A stretch of DNA of 64,000 nt from a virus: positions 1-64,000 of IMG/VR virus record IMGVR_UViG_3300021356_000010. One strand, 5' to 3'. The position numbers and the translations under genes are program-made. The notes under the pieces are model-generated. The model made no database searches. It saw nothing but the letters and a program-made list of their open reading frames with translations, and was not told where the DNA came from. Of the stretch, positions 1 to 9,199 are shown in pieces. Within the stretch, counting starts at the first letter, position 1. Each line of letters starts with the position of its first letter.

Positions 1-148
1 TCGCCGCCTTTTTGAAAGCATCCTTCGCGGGGTAGTCCTTACTACCAGGACGCGCAGGTGCTTCTCCTCTCTTTCGTTTAGCGTGGATATTTGCGTAGAG
101 ACCACGCTTAGCTTCACAGAGTTCTTTAAATTCCTTATAATCTCTCAT
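1..148 (-). CDS. Small basic protein, 3' end runs off the window (MRDYKEFKELCEAKRGLYANIHAKRKR...); possible head-internal protein
   Basis: Manual translation from the ATG at 148, open to position 1; late-promoter-like CTAAATA at 174-180; N-terminus resembles the T4 capsid targeting sequence MKTYQEF. Confidence 0.65.
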   Translation of the reverse strand, partial: MRDYKEFKELCEAKRGLYANIHAKRKRGEAPARPGSKDYPAKDAFKKAA

Positions 149-176
149 GATAACCGACGAGGGTTTACAAGATTAT

Positions 177-938
177 TTAGTTATCTAAGAGAATAAGATT
201 AAATGTTGAACTGATTTGAGTTCCAGCACCATTAAATGCCTGAACTTCAATATCTACTTTTTCGTCAAACTTTAGTGGAATAGTATAGTTCTTTACATGG
301 AAACCACCTGATACTGACATAGTATCTGATGTTGTCATCACAAATCCATTAACTGGTAATCTGGTTCTCAAGAAAGCAGATGTTGCTGTATTGTAATCTC
401 CTGCTCCAATAGTCCATTGTGTTAGATATGCTGTCTTACCAGCAGGCACTGTATACAAAGATAGCATAGTCTGACCGAAACCAATATAGTTAATTCCAGT
501 TCCATCACCACCAATTTGTGCTACGACTGTGCCTGCTCCTGATGCTGCGGTGCTGATAACAAGATCACCTTTATTGTATCCATCAGAACCAGCATCAGTA
601 ATAAATGCTCTATAAACTCTAAAGAATGTTTGTGTAGAAGCAGCACCATTAACTGTAACTTCTTCCTGAACCAAATTGCAATCAGCATCCAGTCCTTGAA
701 CTGTTACTTTTCTAGCTCCAGTTCCAGTCAATCCATCGTTGGCATTAGCAGAATAAACATAAACTGCTGCAGCGGATGTTAGATATTCGTAGACGCCACC
801 ACGATCCCAAATAGTTTCAATACTTGTAGAGACACTTGGATTTCTACCGAACTTCTCCACATAAGAAGTTCCACGAACTTTGCCTCTTGCTAGATTGAGA
901 GCAAAGTTTTCTCCCCAGATATAATTGTTGAATGACAT
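177..938 (-). CDS. Hypothetical beta-rich phage protein (253 aa)
   Basis: Long ORF coupled to the upstream gene (TAATG overlap); KFGRN..ETIW / GTGAR.V.VQGLD motifs typical of phage hypothetical proteins. Confidence 0.75.
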   Translation of the reverse strand: MSFNNYIWGENFALNLARGKVRGTSYVEKFGRNPSVSTSIETIWDRGGVYEYLTSAAAVYVYSANANDGLTGTGARKVTVQGLDADCNLVQEEVTVNGAASTQTFFRVYRAFITDAGSDGYNKGDLVISTAASGAGTVVAQIGGDGTGINYIGFGQTMLSLYTVPAGKTAYLTQWTIGAGDYNTATSAFLRTRLPVNGFVMTTSDTMSVSGGFHVKNYTIPLKFDEKVDIEVQAFNGAGTQISSTFNLILLDN

Positions 939-1195
939 TATGCTGATACCGCTGCGTTGTTTACATCATGACGTTGATATGCAGCAGGAGTTCTGACAGT
1001 ATTATCGTAGTTCCTTGCTTGGAATGTGCCAGGGGTTCTGTCTGCATTTAGATGGTCATGCGCTTCATAATCACCATTCCAATCTTTATAAGTCACAGTG
1101 CTCCAACCCTCAGTGCCAGAAAACTGATTGACAGTTGTACTAGCAGGTTGCGGGTCAGCAATTACATTATTGTAATCGTATCTAACGTATGCCAT
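938..1195 (-). CDS. Hypothetical cyanophage protein (85 aa)
   Basis: ORF downstream of late promoter ATAAATA (1218-1224); internal Y.R.D..N repeats. Confidence 0.75.
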   Translation of the reverse strand: MAYVRYDYNNVIADPQPASTTVNQFSGTEGWSTVTYKDWNGDYEAHDHLNADRTPGTFQARNYDNTVRTPAAYQRHDVNNAAVSA

Positions 1196-1220
1196 TTAGA
1201 TTACACTTCTATCCTATTAT

Positions 1221-1631
1221 TTATCTCTTACCGCCACCCATCTGCTTCAGCATCTTCTGAAGTTCCGCAGTGCTACCAACAAACATAGCGTTGTTGGTGA
1301 CCTTGGATGGACCTTTCTTTTCTTCGTCAAGATCCTTCATCTTCTTATGTAGGTCTTGGAGTTTCTCAGTCATGTCTGCAACGTGCTTCATTGCCGCTAC
1401 AGCGACTTCATATGCTCTTGGGTGCCCTGACTCCTGAGCGACCTCTAAGGCACCATTAACCGCCTCCTGACCCTTGTCTATGAGACTATATAACTCACCC
1501 CTGGTATATTGGTAATCCTTCTCACGATCGTCTCTATCGACCTCTGGTGGTTTTGGTTTGGAAGGTTTGCTTTCCTCAACAGGTTCTGCGGTAATGTTGA
1601 GGATCTCCTCCATGTTCTCTTCTAGGCTCAT
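1221..1631 (-). CDS. gp16: Terminase small subunit
   Basis: DYQYTR..LY.LI.KGQEA, ESGHPRAYEV and TNNAMFVGSTAELQKMLK motifs; position after gp15. Confidence 0.95.
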   Translation of the reverse strand: MSLEENMEEILNITAEPVEESKPSKPKPPEVDRDDREKDYQYTRGELYSLIDKGQEAVNGALEVAQESGHPRAYEVAVAAMKHVADMTEKLQDLHKKMKDLDEEKKGPSKVTNNAMFVGSTAELQKMLKQMGGGKR

Positions 1632-2425
1632 AAGAATTCAATCCCTTCATTAAATCCAAAGTCATCACCAGCATCTACTAGTGCGTCATCATTGACATCG
1701 ATGACACCATCTGTGTTGATATCTGTTTTTGCTTTGGGTGTATATGTTCGTGTAATAGTTCTGCGATTAACAGCAAGATCTCCAACCGTTTCGTGAATGA
1801 TCGCCTTCCTGATAATATCAGAAGTGCTGTAAGGACCGTATAGATAAGACTTCATTGTGAAGTTCAAAGTATATGCGATGTATCTTCTATTCATAAAAGT
1901 ATCATCCCATTCATCCTCACTGCCAATGTTGTTTAAAACAATAGCAATATCTTTCTTCTCATTCATGTCAGGAATCATGTTGAGAGTCACAGAAAATGAT
2001 GGTTGGAAATATGGCAAGATCTGTTCTAAAATTTGTAGAGCATCATCTTGTGACTTCGCAATAATTCCTAGTTCAAAATTTATATTATAAGGAACAGGAA
2101 CATATTGAACTCTGACTTCATTACCATTATCATCAATGATTGTTTTGTATTTTTGAATTGGTGATGTCTTACGGGCAGAATCATATTCAACTCCAGTCAT
2201 CTCAAAATAAATTCGAGGTAGAGTGATTGCTACTTTAGAAGTAGAGACATCTGTGAGACGAACCAAGAACTTTTGTTTTGGTCCATAAGCAAGAGGAACT
2301 TTCTGTGCTTCTAATACTTCACCTGTATCAGGATCCGTGCTCTTCATTTCAATATTATTGAAGAGCGTACCAAACGCAATAATGTTCTTACGAACAATTT
2401 GATTGTAAAAATGTGATCCTAACAT
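1628..2425 (-). CDS. gp15: Tail sheath stabiliser / tail terminator
   Basis: FY...RK.IIAFGTLFNNI, VPLAYGPKQKFL, QILEQILPYFQP; synteny gp13-gp14-gp15-gp16. Confidence 0.95.
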   Translation of the reverse strand: MLGSHFYNQIVRKNIIAFGTLFNNIEMKSTDPDTGEVLEAQKVPLAYGPKQKFLVRLTDVSTSKVAITLPRIYFEMTGVEYDSARKTSPIQKYKTIIDDNGNEVRVQYVPVPYNINFELGIIAKSQDDALQILEQILPYFQPSFSVTLNMIPDMNEKKDIAIVLNNIGSEDEWDDTFMNRRYIAYTLNFTMKSYLYGPYSTSDIIRKAIIHETVGDLAVNRRTITRTYTPKAKTDINTDGVIDVNDDALVDAGDDFGFNEGIEFL

Positions 2426-3549
2426 CAGATGCTATCCGTAAAGTTGCCATATTCACCGAATGGGTTGCCCTCAGTCCAATCAATAATCTCATCACCACTA
2501 TCTTCAATTGCTCTATTCTGAGCGTAGTAGGTGCTACTCGTATTATTTAGAGTGTCAAATGACTCAGGACTCCATCTAGCACCTGATGTTTGACCTTCAA
2601 TTACTTCAGCAGTGGTGAAAGTTCCTGTTCTGTTAATGACTTGGAGTTCTCTTGTAGAACTGTTCCAGGACTTGACTTCTGCTCTGTTGTCTTTAGGTGA
2701 ATAGTCAATAGTGACACTAGGAGCAGTTGTATAACCAGTACCCCCGCTAGTGACAAGGATGCCAGTAACAAGACCAGTCGAGCTAACCGATGCAGTGGCT
2801 GTTGCTCCATTTCCGTCTCCTGTAATAGTTACTGTAGGTGGTAAAGAAGCATTATAATGTAATCCACTATCAGTAATCGTGATGCTATCTACAGCATCAC
2901 CGCTAATAGTTGCTGTTGCTTTAGCAAGGAACTCATCTCCAACAACTTCTTCGCCAACTGTAAAGTCACCTGATCCTCCAGGATCCATGACAAGCTTGAT
3001 AGCAGAACCAAACTCTAGTTCGATATCATCAATCTCCTCAACGCCAGTCTCGAAGGAATCGCTGCCAAGCTCGTAGAGTTCTGCAGTCAGTGTGTAGAAT
3101 TGAATCTTGCCAAACTGGAAGAAAGGAGATTCTTTTTCTACAAATTTAATTTCGTAGATGTCTTCTGTTAGTGGGAAGTAAAGTAGATCTCCCTCATTAG
3201 GTCTGCCATCATAGGCAAGCGTAGGGTTTTCTGCTGCTACTACTTCATCCCAACGTCTTGTAGAGATACGAAAAGTAACCTCGTCAGTAATACGAAGACC
3301 AAACTTACTGACAAATTCTGCGCCATCAGCAAATCCAGTCACGTTTTGTAGAAGCATTTCGACTTGAAATTGCTCTTGATACTTAGAGTATCTTACTTCA
3401 TCTAACGTGCTATCTTTTAGGACGACTCTAGGGATATAGTATATATCTGTACCAAACAGTTTGATTTGCTCATCCACAAGATCCTGAATGAGATTCTGTT
3501 CGCCACTGTGACCTGAGTAGTATGTTGGAAAGTAGGGACTGGTAGGCAT
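2425..3549 (-). CDS. gp14: Neck protein with inserted G.GY..AP.V repeat module
   Basis: EQNLIQDLV.EQIK.FG.D.YY.PR, SKFGL, RPNEGDL.YFP, C-terminal E.NPFG. Confidence 0.95.
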   Translation of the reverse strand: MPTSPYFPTYYSGHSGEQNLIQDLVDEQIKLFGTDIYYIPRVVLKDSTLDEVRYSKYQEQFQVEMLLQNVTGFADGAEFVSKFGLRITDEVTFRISTRRWDEVVAAENPTLAYDGRPNEGDLLYFPLTEDIYEIKFVEKESPFFQFGKIQFYTLTAELYELGSDSFETGVEEIDDIELEFGSAIKLVMDPGGSGDFTVGEEVVGDEFLAKATATISGDAVDSITITDSGLHYNASLPPTVTITGDGNGATATASVSSTGLVTGILVTSGGTGYTTAPSVTIDYSPKDNRAEVKSWNSSTRELQVINRTGTFTTAEVIEGQTSGARWSPESFDTLNNTSSTYYAQNRAIEDSGDEIIDWTEGNPFGEYGNFTDSI

Positions 3550-3550
3550 C

Positions 3551-4351
3551 TTATCCGATCATATCCATTGGTGGGATTGCATACTTGCTGAGAACTTCGC
3601 TTTCGATTTTCTCAATTTCTGCTAGTGCGTCTGTGTATAATTCTCTTCCATTAAGAGTAACACCGCCAGGTAACTGAACATTGTTATACTTAATTAGATT
3701 CATACCCCACTGCTTCTTCATTAGAGCAGTAGCATATCTCTTGACAAACATATCATTATACATTTCAGTAGCATCGTTAGGATCAATCATCCTATGTGCT
3801 TCAATTAGCAGATACTTATCTTCTGCAAGGAAGTCAGCATCTACGTCAAGATATAAGCGATCACGACGCGCTGTAAATCTGAACTGCTGGAATGAACCAT
3901 TGTTCAGAACCATATCTAGTGTTTCTAGATATTGCTTGGTCATAAAGTAGTTGAGGATATCTAGTGATCCAAATGCATATAGATCATTCAGATACAATTG
4001 ATACTCAACGCCAAAGAGATTAGAACGGATTGAATTACTAACAAGACCAAATACTTTACTGATTCCAGTAACATGTGATGGAATAGGAATGTAGTTTGTT
4101 GCTTCATTCCAGTTAGTAGTTCCATTGCTGGTTGTTACTGTTGCTTTGAATCTAGCAATGTCATCTGCAGTTAGTGCGTGAGTTAGATAGCACCTCTCCA
4201 TGCCGTTGTAACAGTTCTCCTGAAAGAACTGAATGGTATCGTCGATAACGTTATTGACCTGCTCGTCATCAATATTAACTTGCAGGACAGGCTCACCCAA
4301 CTGCCTCTTACAGTATGTTATAAGATCAGTCCTTGAGTTTGGAGATGCCAT
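3551..4351 (-). CDS. gp13: Neck protein
   Basis: YC.RQLG.PV..VN.D.EQ, K.QWG.NL.KY..VQLPGGVTLNG; start taken at MASPNS. Confidence 0.95.
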   Translation of the reverse strand: MASPNSRTDLITYCKRQLGEPVLQVNIDDEQVNNVIDDTIQFFQENCYNGMERCYLTHALTADDIARFKATVTTSNGTTNWNEATNYIPIPSHVTGISKVFGLVSNSIRSNLFGVEYQLYLNDLYAFGSLDILNYFMTKQYLETLDMVLNNGSFQQFRFTARRDRLYLDVDADFLAEDKYLLIEAHRMIDPNDATEMYNDMFVKRYATALMKKQWGMNLIKYNNVQLPGGVTLNGRELYTDALAEIEKIESEVLSKYAIPPMDMIG

Positions 4352-4360
4352 TACACACAA

Positions 4361-4395
4361 AAATCCCTTCTTACCTATTTAGGAAGAAGGGATTT
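4361..4395 (-). terminator. Hairpin (12-bp perfect stem) followed by a T-run on the minus strand; encloses late promoter CTAAATA (4376-4382) for gp13
   Basis: aaatcccttctt (4361-4372) / aagaagggattt (4384-4395) inverted repeat. Confidence 0.7.
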
Positions 4396-4400
4396 AGTAT

Positions 4401-4592
4401 TTATTCAGTTGGTGCTTCTGCTGGAACGTCTGGGTCTGATTCACCTTCTAGAAGTCCTAGAGTCTCTAGACCACCCTCCAGTTTAATTTTATACTCTTTT
4501 GCTTTTTTCAGATTCTCTTCGAGTTCTCTGATCTGTTTGTCAGTAGAAGCTAGTTGCTCCTCAAAATTTTTCTTAAGTGTTTCTGAATCCAT
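4401..4592 (-). CDS. Small coiled-coil hypothetical protein
   Basis: 63-aa ORF with heptad pattern, KL.GGLETL.LL. Confidence 0.8.
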   Translation of the reverse strand: MDSETLKKNFEEQLASTDKQIRELEENLKKAKEYKIKLEGGLETLGLLEGESDPDVPAEAPTE

Positions 4593-4604
4593 GATTACCT
4601 CAAA

Positions 4605-5342
4605 TTAATAACGGTTACTTACATCAAATGCATGTTCGCATCTATTTCCATCTGCCAAAACATAATGGAAAAATGCCTGATGCCAAAAAGTGTCATCACG
4701 ACCACGTAAAATTCTACGCGCCCACAGTTTATATTTAGGTTCGTCTCTACCGTACTTAGAAGTCAATGGTGGTCTCCAGTGTGGTATCTCACAACCTTTG
4801 TATATGATAGCATCTCCAGGTGCTGTAGTGATCCAAGTTTCTCTTAATTCTGGATTCGAACTATCCACAATGAATGGCCATTCATATTCCCACTTTAGAT
4901 TTGTTTTGATCATAAGACTGACAGAAATTTCACACGCATCTCTATCAACATGTTTTTCCAATTCCTGTCCTAAGAAATAGAACCTATCGTAGTAGTAAGT
5001 ATTATATAATTTTTTACCTAATACTTGTTCTATTTCTAATCTAATTTTTGTATGTAGATCTTTATATGCTGGCCAATTATATCTGCTAGAAGAACCATCT
5101 ACCTGACCCTCATCATCTACGTGAGAATAATTATCTACACTACCATAATAAGTTCTAGATCCTCTCCATTCTGGAACATCACATTCCAGTTTAGTGGGAT
5201 CTGGAACTAAGTTAGGAAGAAAAAAGAAACCATTAGTATCAAATTTTTCATTCCTGGTTCTTAAAGTAGAACCTTTTGTTGGTATCAATTGACTATCTAA
5301 AGCTATCATTTCCATCATTTCCACCTCGGACCAACTACCCAA
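4605..5342 (-). CDS. 2OG-Fe(II) oxygenase superfamily protein (true start probably about 5309-5318)
   Basis: Y.Y.RFY..GQEL.KHVDR.ACEISVS, GDA.IY.GC...HWR, Q.FFHYV: HxD...H triad. Confidence 0.8.
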   Translation of the reverse strand: MGSWSEVEMMEMIALDSQLIPTKGSTLRTRNEKFDTNGFFFLPNLVPDPTKLECDVPEWRGSRTYYGSVDNYSHVDDEGQVDGSSSRYNWPAYKDLHTKIRLEIEQVLGKKLYNTYYYDRFYFLGQELEKHVDRDACEISVSLMIKTNLKWEYEWPFIVDSSNPELRETWITTAPGDAIIYKGCEIPHWRPPLTSKYGRDEPKYKLWARRILRGRDDTFWHQAFFHYVLADGNRCEHAFDVSNRY

Positions 5343-5944
5343 CCAACAATAGATCTTCTAACACCAGAAGTAACTTTCAATACTCTATGTTGAGTTCTAG
5401 AATCAAATATAATTACAGTTCCTCTAGTTCTAGGAGCAAAATATGTTTTACCATTCTCATCTAGTAACTGAAGATTACCTCCTTCATAATCTGATGGATC
5501 TGATAATTGCATAACGATTGATAGTTTCCTGACATTTTCATACTCTGTATTAATCTTGTCAGAAATATACTGTTCTCCTGTAGTATCTTCTGTTTCGGGT
5601 TTGTACATATTGAGGAGACCATGATCAGTATGCCATTTATAAAATTGTCCCTCGGTATATTGAGTATATTGAATACTATTCATATCAATACAATCAATAT
5701 CGTACAGAAAATTTGATCGGTTAGCTAGCGAGACATAATGCCACAAAAATCCAGGTAACCAATGACCACTAGGAATCCAAGCATTACTAGAGTTCCTTGT
5801 TTTATTATCTACCTCCCCTTTATATAAACTAGAAACCTCCATGGAATCTCCAAACTCACTGAAGAGTTCTTCGTCTATAGTTTTTACTAATTTTTCAGGT
5901 AGTCCTGTAGAATACCAAACACTTTGGAATGCCATATCAAACAT
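5315..5944 (-). CDS. 2OG-Fe(II) oxygenase, prolyl-4-hydroxylase-like
   Basis: QYT.Y..GQFY.WHTD, RKLS...QLS.P.DYEGG.L, FDSR..HRV..VTSG.R.S.VGW..GP. Confidence 0.9.
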   Translation of the reverse strand: MFDMAFQSVWYSTGLPEKLVKTIDEELFSEFGDSMEVSSLYKGEVDNKTRNSSNAWIPSGHWLPGFLWHYVSLANRSNFLYDIDCIDMNSIQYTQYTEGQFYKWHTDHGLLNMYKPETEDTTGEQYISDKINTEYENVRKLSIVMQLSDPSDYEGGNLQLLDENGKTYFAPRTRGTVIIFDSRTQHRVLKVTSGVRRSIVGWVVGPRWK

Positions 5945-6482
5945 TAATAGGATGTAAATTGAATGAAAGAATCAATCTTTCTTTATCACTTGTACATGGT
6001 GATGTGTAGTGATGAATAACTGACGGGAAGAAAATCATAGATCCACTTTTTATTTCTGATGGAGTATGCACTAATTGACATCCAACAAAAAAGTTATTGA
6101 AAGGTGACAGAAATCTTGTTGGAGTATGTTCATCTTCATCATAGTCTATGTACAAGACACAACTATATCCAACAGCACCATGATTGTGGATTTCATGGTG
6201 CATACCTTTTTTAGCTAACTCAAACCAATGTCCATTTGGAGCATAAGACATATTTGTTGCTTGAGAAAACAATCCTAATTCTTCTTTTAGGATATCTACA
6301 ATGTCTTCCCAATAAGATTCTTTACCTTCTCTAAAGTAATCAGTTAATACAGTATAAGATAAATCTTTATTTACCGATACTCTGTTGTAAAGATCTTTGA
6401 GTTTTTTCTTCTTGACTTCCCAGTCCCTAACTTCGTAATGGAATACAGGAACGGAGAAAATGGATTCTTGATAATCACTCAT
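5937..6482 (-). CDS. Putative 2OG-Fe(II) oxygenase (HxH type)
   Basis: HEIHNH, S.VLY, FFPS..HH...., RLILSFN. Confidence 0.85.
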   Translation of the reverse strand: MSDYQESIFSVPVFHYEVRDWEVKKKKLKDLYNRVSVNKDLSYTVLTDYFREGKESYWEDIVDILKEELGLFSQATNMSYAPNGHWFELAKKGMHHEIHNHGAVGYSCVLYIDYDEDEHTPTRFLSPFNNFFVGCQLVHTPSEIKSGSMIFFPSVIHHYTSPCTSDKERLILSFNLHPINV

Positions 6483-7030
6483 GACAAACTAATATCAGAA
6501 TTAAATGATATAATTGTTTTTCTTTTATTTGATTCTACTTTTGGAGCAGAATGTACAATAAAAGAAGGGAAGGTTATAATGTCTCCCTCTTCAGTATCAA
6601 CATCAAATGTATCTGTATTATTTAGAGGACTGACAAAAACCGTTCTAGGACTTCCTTTTGGAAATTCTAGATAATAAACAGATGACCATTGACATTGTGT
6701 ATGTGTATGCCATTCATGAAAAGAATTTTTTTCATATTGCTGGAACCACATATTGATAATATTAACAGTTGGAAATCCTAGACTATTGAACAACTTAAAG
6801 TGATTCTCTTCGATATGAGGAAAAATAATATCTAGATATTTTCTTTCTGCTTCTTTGGGTAAGTTCCAATCACATTTACTGATCATGGTTTTTGTATATC
6901 CATGATCGTCTATACCAACATAAGAACTACACCCTGAAGAATCAATGAGACTTAAAATCTCATTCTTCAGGGTGTTGTGTTCTTTTAGTTTTGTTTTGTA
7001 TATTGGACAAGGAAGATCAAATACAAACAT
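6479..7030 (-). CDS. Putative 2OG-Fe(II) oxygenase (HxH type)
   Basis: WFQQY....H.WHTH, SSVYY, EGDI..FPS...H, RK.IISFN. Confidence 0.85.
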   Translation of the reverse strand: MFVFDLPCPIYKTKLKEHNTLKNEILSLIDSSGCSSYVGIDDHGYTKTMISKCDWNLPKEAERKYLDIIFPHIEENHFKLFNSLGFPTVNIINMWFQQYEKNSFHEWHTHTQCQWSSVYYLEFPKGSPRTVFVSPLNNTDTFDVDTEEGDIITFPSFIVHSAPKVESNKRKTIISFNSDISLS

Positions 7031-7055
7031 TCCACATCACTAAAAAATCATTCTA

Positions 7056-8027
7056 TCATGGATTCCAGGTAATAACAACTCGTCCTGCTTTTCCTGTATT
7101 TCCGTAACTACCTCTATCACCATCTCCACTATTTCCTGCGGTTGGACCATTGCCTTGCGACAATGATGGAGAAGAAATGTATGATGGATTGGTGTAACCA
7201 GATCCTCCGCCACCACCAAAGGCACCAGAGTCTCCTCCACCTTCTCCACCGCCGTAGCGACCGCCACCGCCACCACCAGATCCTTTGTCACCACCGTTGG
7301 CAGCGCCATATCCACCTTGATAGACGTTGCTTCCAATACCACTAGTTCCGCCTGGGTTTGCTGGTGGTCCAGTTCTACCCTGACCACCTCTTGTTCCAGA
7401 TCCAGGGTTTCCTCTTCTTCTGGGAGCAGCTCCGCCAGCACCTACGCCGTTTTGTGTTCCGCCACCACCACCTTGTGGTCTTCTAGGCTGACCATTAGTA
7501 CCGCCACCAGCACCACCAGGGCGACCAGCAGCACCGCCGCCACCACCGCCAATAATAACAGCAGTGTTACCCTGTCTGATGCCAGAAGCAGCACCACCAC
7601 CTGCACCATTTCTTCCACCAGATGGAGTTCCTCTACCACCAGCCCACACTCGATAAGTGGTTCCGCCATTCATTGTCATGTTGCCACCAGCAAAACCACC
7701 AGCGCCAGCATTGCCATCGACACCACCACCTGCTCCCCAAACTTTAATATTGACAGGAGTTGGTTGAGAAAAAGAAATGTTCCAAGATGATCCACCAGGA
7801 GAATTAATATTACCTGGGTTTAGATATAATTTTGGAGAAGTACTCAAGTCTCCAGGGGATCCTGGGGACAAACTAAAAGTTGCTGGTTGAGTAGCAGTAT
7901 AAGTTTCTCTCCAAGTTCCAGAGACATTGTTATTAACAGTATCAACTTGTCTCCAAGTTCCAGAAACATTGTTCCAGAGTTCTTGAATCTCTCTCCAAGT
8001 GCCAGAAACGTTATTAAAAATACTCAT
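7056..8027 (-). CDS. Glycine-rich fibre-tip / adhesin-like protein
   Basis: Polyglycine motifs (WGAGGG, GAGGFAGG, GGGGGRYGGG, GGGGGSGY, G.V.I.W end); N-terminal NNVSGTWR x3. Confidence 0.8.
   Translation of the reverse strand: MSIFNNVSGTWREIQELWNNVSGTWRQVDTVNNNVSGTWRETYTATQPATFSLSPGSPGDLSTSPKLYLNPGNINSPGGSSWNISFSQPTPVNIKVWGAGGGVDGNAGAGGFAGGNMTMNGGTTYRVWAGGRGTPSGGRNGAGGGAASGIRQGNTAVIIGGGGGGAAGRPGGAGGGTNGQPRRPQGGGGGTQNGVGAGGAAPRRRGNPGSGTRGGQGRTGPPANPGGTSGIGSNVYQGGYGAANGGDKGSGGGGGGRYGGGEGGGDSGAFGGGGGSGYTNPSYISSPSLSQGNGPTAGNSGDGDRGSYGNTGKAGRVVITWNP
7907..8015 (-). repeat. Three 42-nt-period coding repeats (NNVSGTWR)
   Basis: ccaagt(t/g)ccaga(g/a)ac(a/g)tt at 7911, 7953 and 7995. Confidence 0.85.
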
Positions 8028-8035
8028 GATTTGTA

Positions 8036-8737
8036 CTAAACGTAATAATTTGATTCTGCTGGTTTAGATGGCCAGATAGCATCATCTTCTACTCTTGTGG
8101 TAGGACCATCAATTGTAGTAATGTCGGTAATTGTTGATGGGAAATCTCTCAAAGCTTGACGATAAGTTTTTACTTCTTCTGAGATTGTTCTCCCGTCCTC
8201 AAGACCCTTAAGAAGAATAACATCAGATTCTTGCAATCTTCTGTTTCTATGTTCTCTTACAGCAGACCAAGTTGATTCTTTCTTGATTGCTAATTCTTCT
8301 GGGGTTAGATCTACAACAGTGTAGGTCTTTGTCATAACCATATTGACTCTATCAACTGTCCATTCAGAAATATCATTCTCTTCGCAAGTTTTATCAAATG
8401 CTAAAACTGATGGATATGATGCTTCTCTTATTTGAAACACATCATACTTTACTGTTACAGTAGTAGAAGTACCAATCCATTGCGAAAGATCTGTTCTTTC
8501 AATAATATGATTGGCATCATCAACTTCACTAGGATAGTTGTCAATTAATCTACGATAACCTTCATTCTTCAGAAGATAATCATCATCTACTAAAGCTTGA
8601 TTCTCGTATGTCCAACCAGGGTGTCTCTTTTCTTCACCGTCTGGTGTTAGATAGGATTTTGTGCGCTGAGCTTCGTTATATTCTTCTGTTGGAGATGGAA
8701 GAACTTCAGGCATCCAGTAAGTCTTTTCTTCTGACAT
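8036..8737 (-). CDS. Tail fibre assembly chaperone-like protein (C-terminal Phage_tail_APC/Tfa-like domain)
   Basis: W..VR..RN..L..SD......YRQALRD.P.....IWP.KP signature. Confidence 0.8.
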   Translation of the reverse strand: MSEEKTYWMPEVLPSPTEEYNEAQRTKSYLTPDGEEKRHPGWTYENQALVDDDYLLKNEGYRRLIDNYPSEVDDANHIIERTDLSQWIGTSTTVTVKYDVFQIREASYPSVLAFDKTCEENDISEWTVDRVNMVMTKTYTVVDLTPEELAIKKESTWSAVREHRNRRLQESDVILLKGLEDGRTISEEVKTYRQALRDFPSTITDITTIDGPTTRVEDDAIWPSKPAESNYYV

Positions 8738-8747
8738 GTTCCTTTAA

Positions 8748-9164
8748 TTAGTATTTGTACCAAATATCACCGTTGCTTCCACCAGATGGGTTACCAGTAG
8801 AAACTGTTTTAGCACCCCATCCATTGGAATAGGCACCTGAAGTCGGATTGACTGCAATGTTTGAAGAACCATTAAAAGATACACCGTTAATGTTTCTAGC
8901 AGTGGAAAGTGTAGCAGCACTACCAACACTTAGACTACTAATGTTAGTCCATGAAGGAGTGCTTCCACCAACCAAAACCTGTGAGCTACCACCAACACTC
9001 AGTTTTGCAGTAGTATCCGCAGCGGATTGGTATAGTAACTGTCCAGCAGATCCACCTGTAATATTATTTGCTGAACTAATTCCGCCTCCAACGAAAGCTC
9101 CGTTGGAAACATATGTTACTCCTGCAGTTGTCTGCAAAGTATCACACTTTAGAATACTTGCCAT
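8748..9164 (-). CDS. Short tail-fibre-like protein
   Basis: AATLSTARNINGVSFNGS fibre repeat; C-terminal PSGGSNGDIWYKY. Confidence 0.8.
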   Translation of the reverse strand: MASILKCDTLQTTAGVTYVSNGAFVGGGISSANNITGGSAGQLLYQSAADTTAKLSVGGSSQVLVGGSTPSWTNISSLSVGSAATLSTARNINGVSFNGSSNIAVNPTSGAYSNGWGAKTVSTGNPSGGSNGDIWYKY

Positions 9165-9186
9165 TTTACTTTCTTGTTTCCGTTGT

Positions 9187-9194
9187 TATTTATA
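9187..9194 (-). promoter_or_regulatory. T4-type late promoter TATAAATA
   Basis: Exact consensus about 23 nt upstream of the 9164 start. Confidence 0.8.
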
Positions 9195-9199
9195 TTTAT

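Noticed and set aside
4605-5342. 'Ferrochelatase' label sometimes attached to this kind of cyanophage ORF
   Set aside because: The motifs (HxD...H, beta-rich core) fit a 2OG-Fe(II) oxygenase; no ferrochelatase signature was seen
7040-7669. Alternative-frame ORFs over the Gly-rich gene
   Set aside because: GGN codon runs remove stops and give Val/Ala-rich shadow frames
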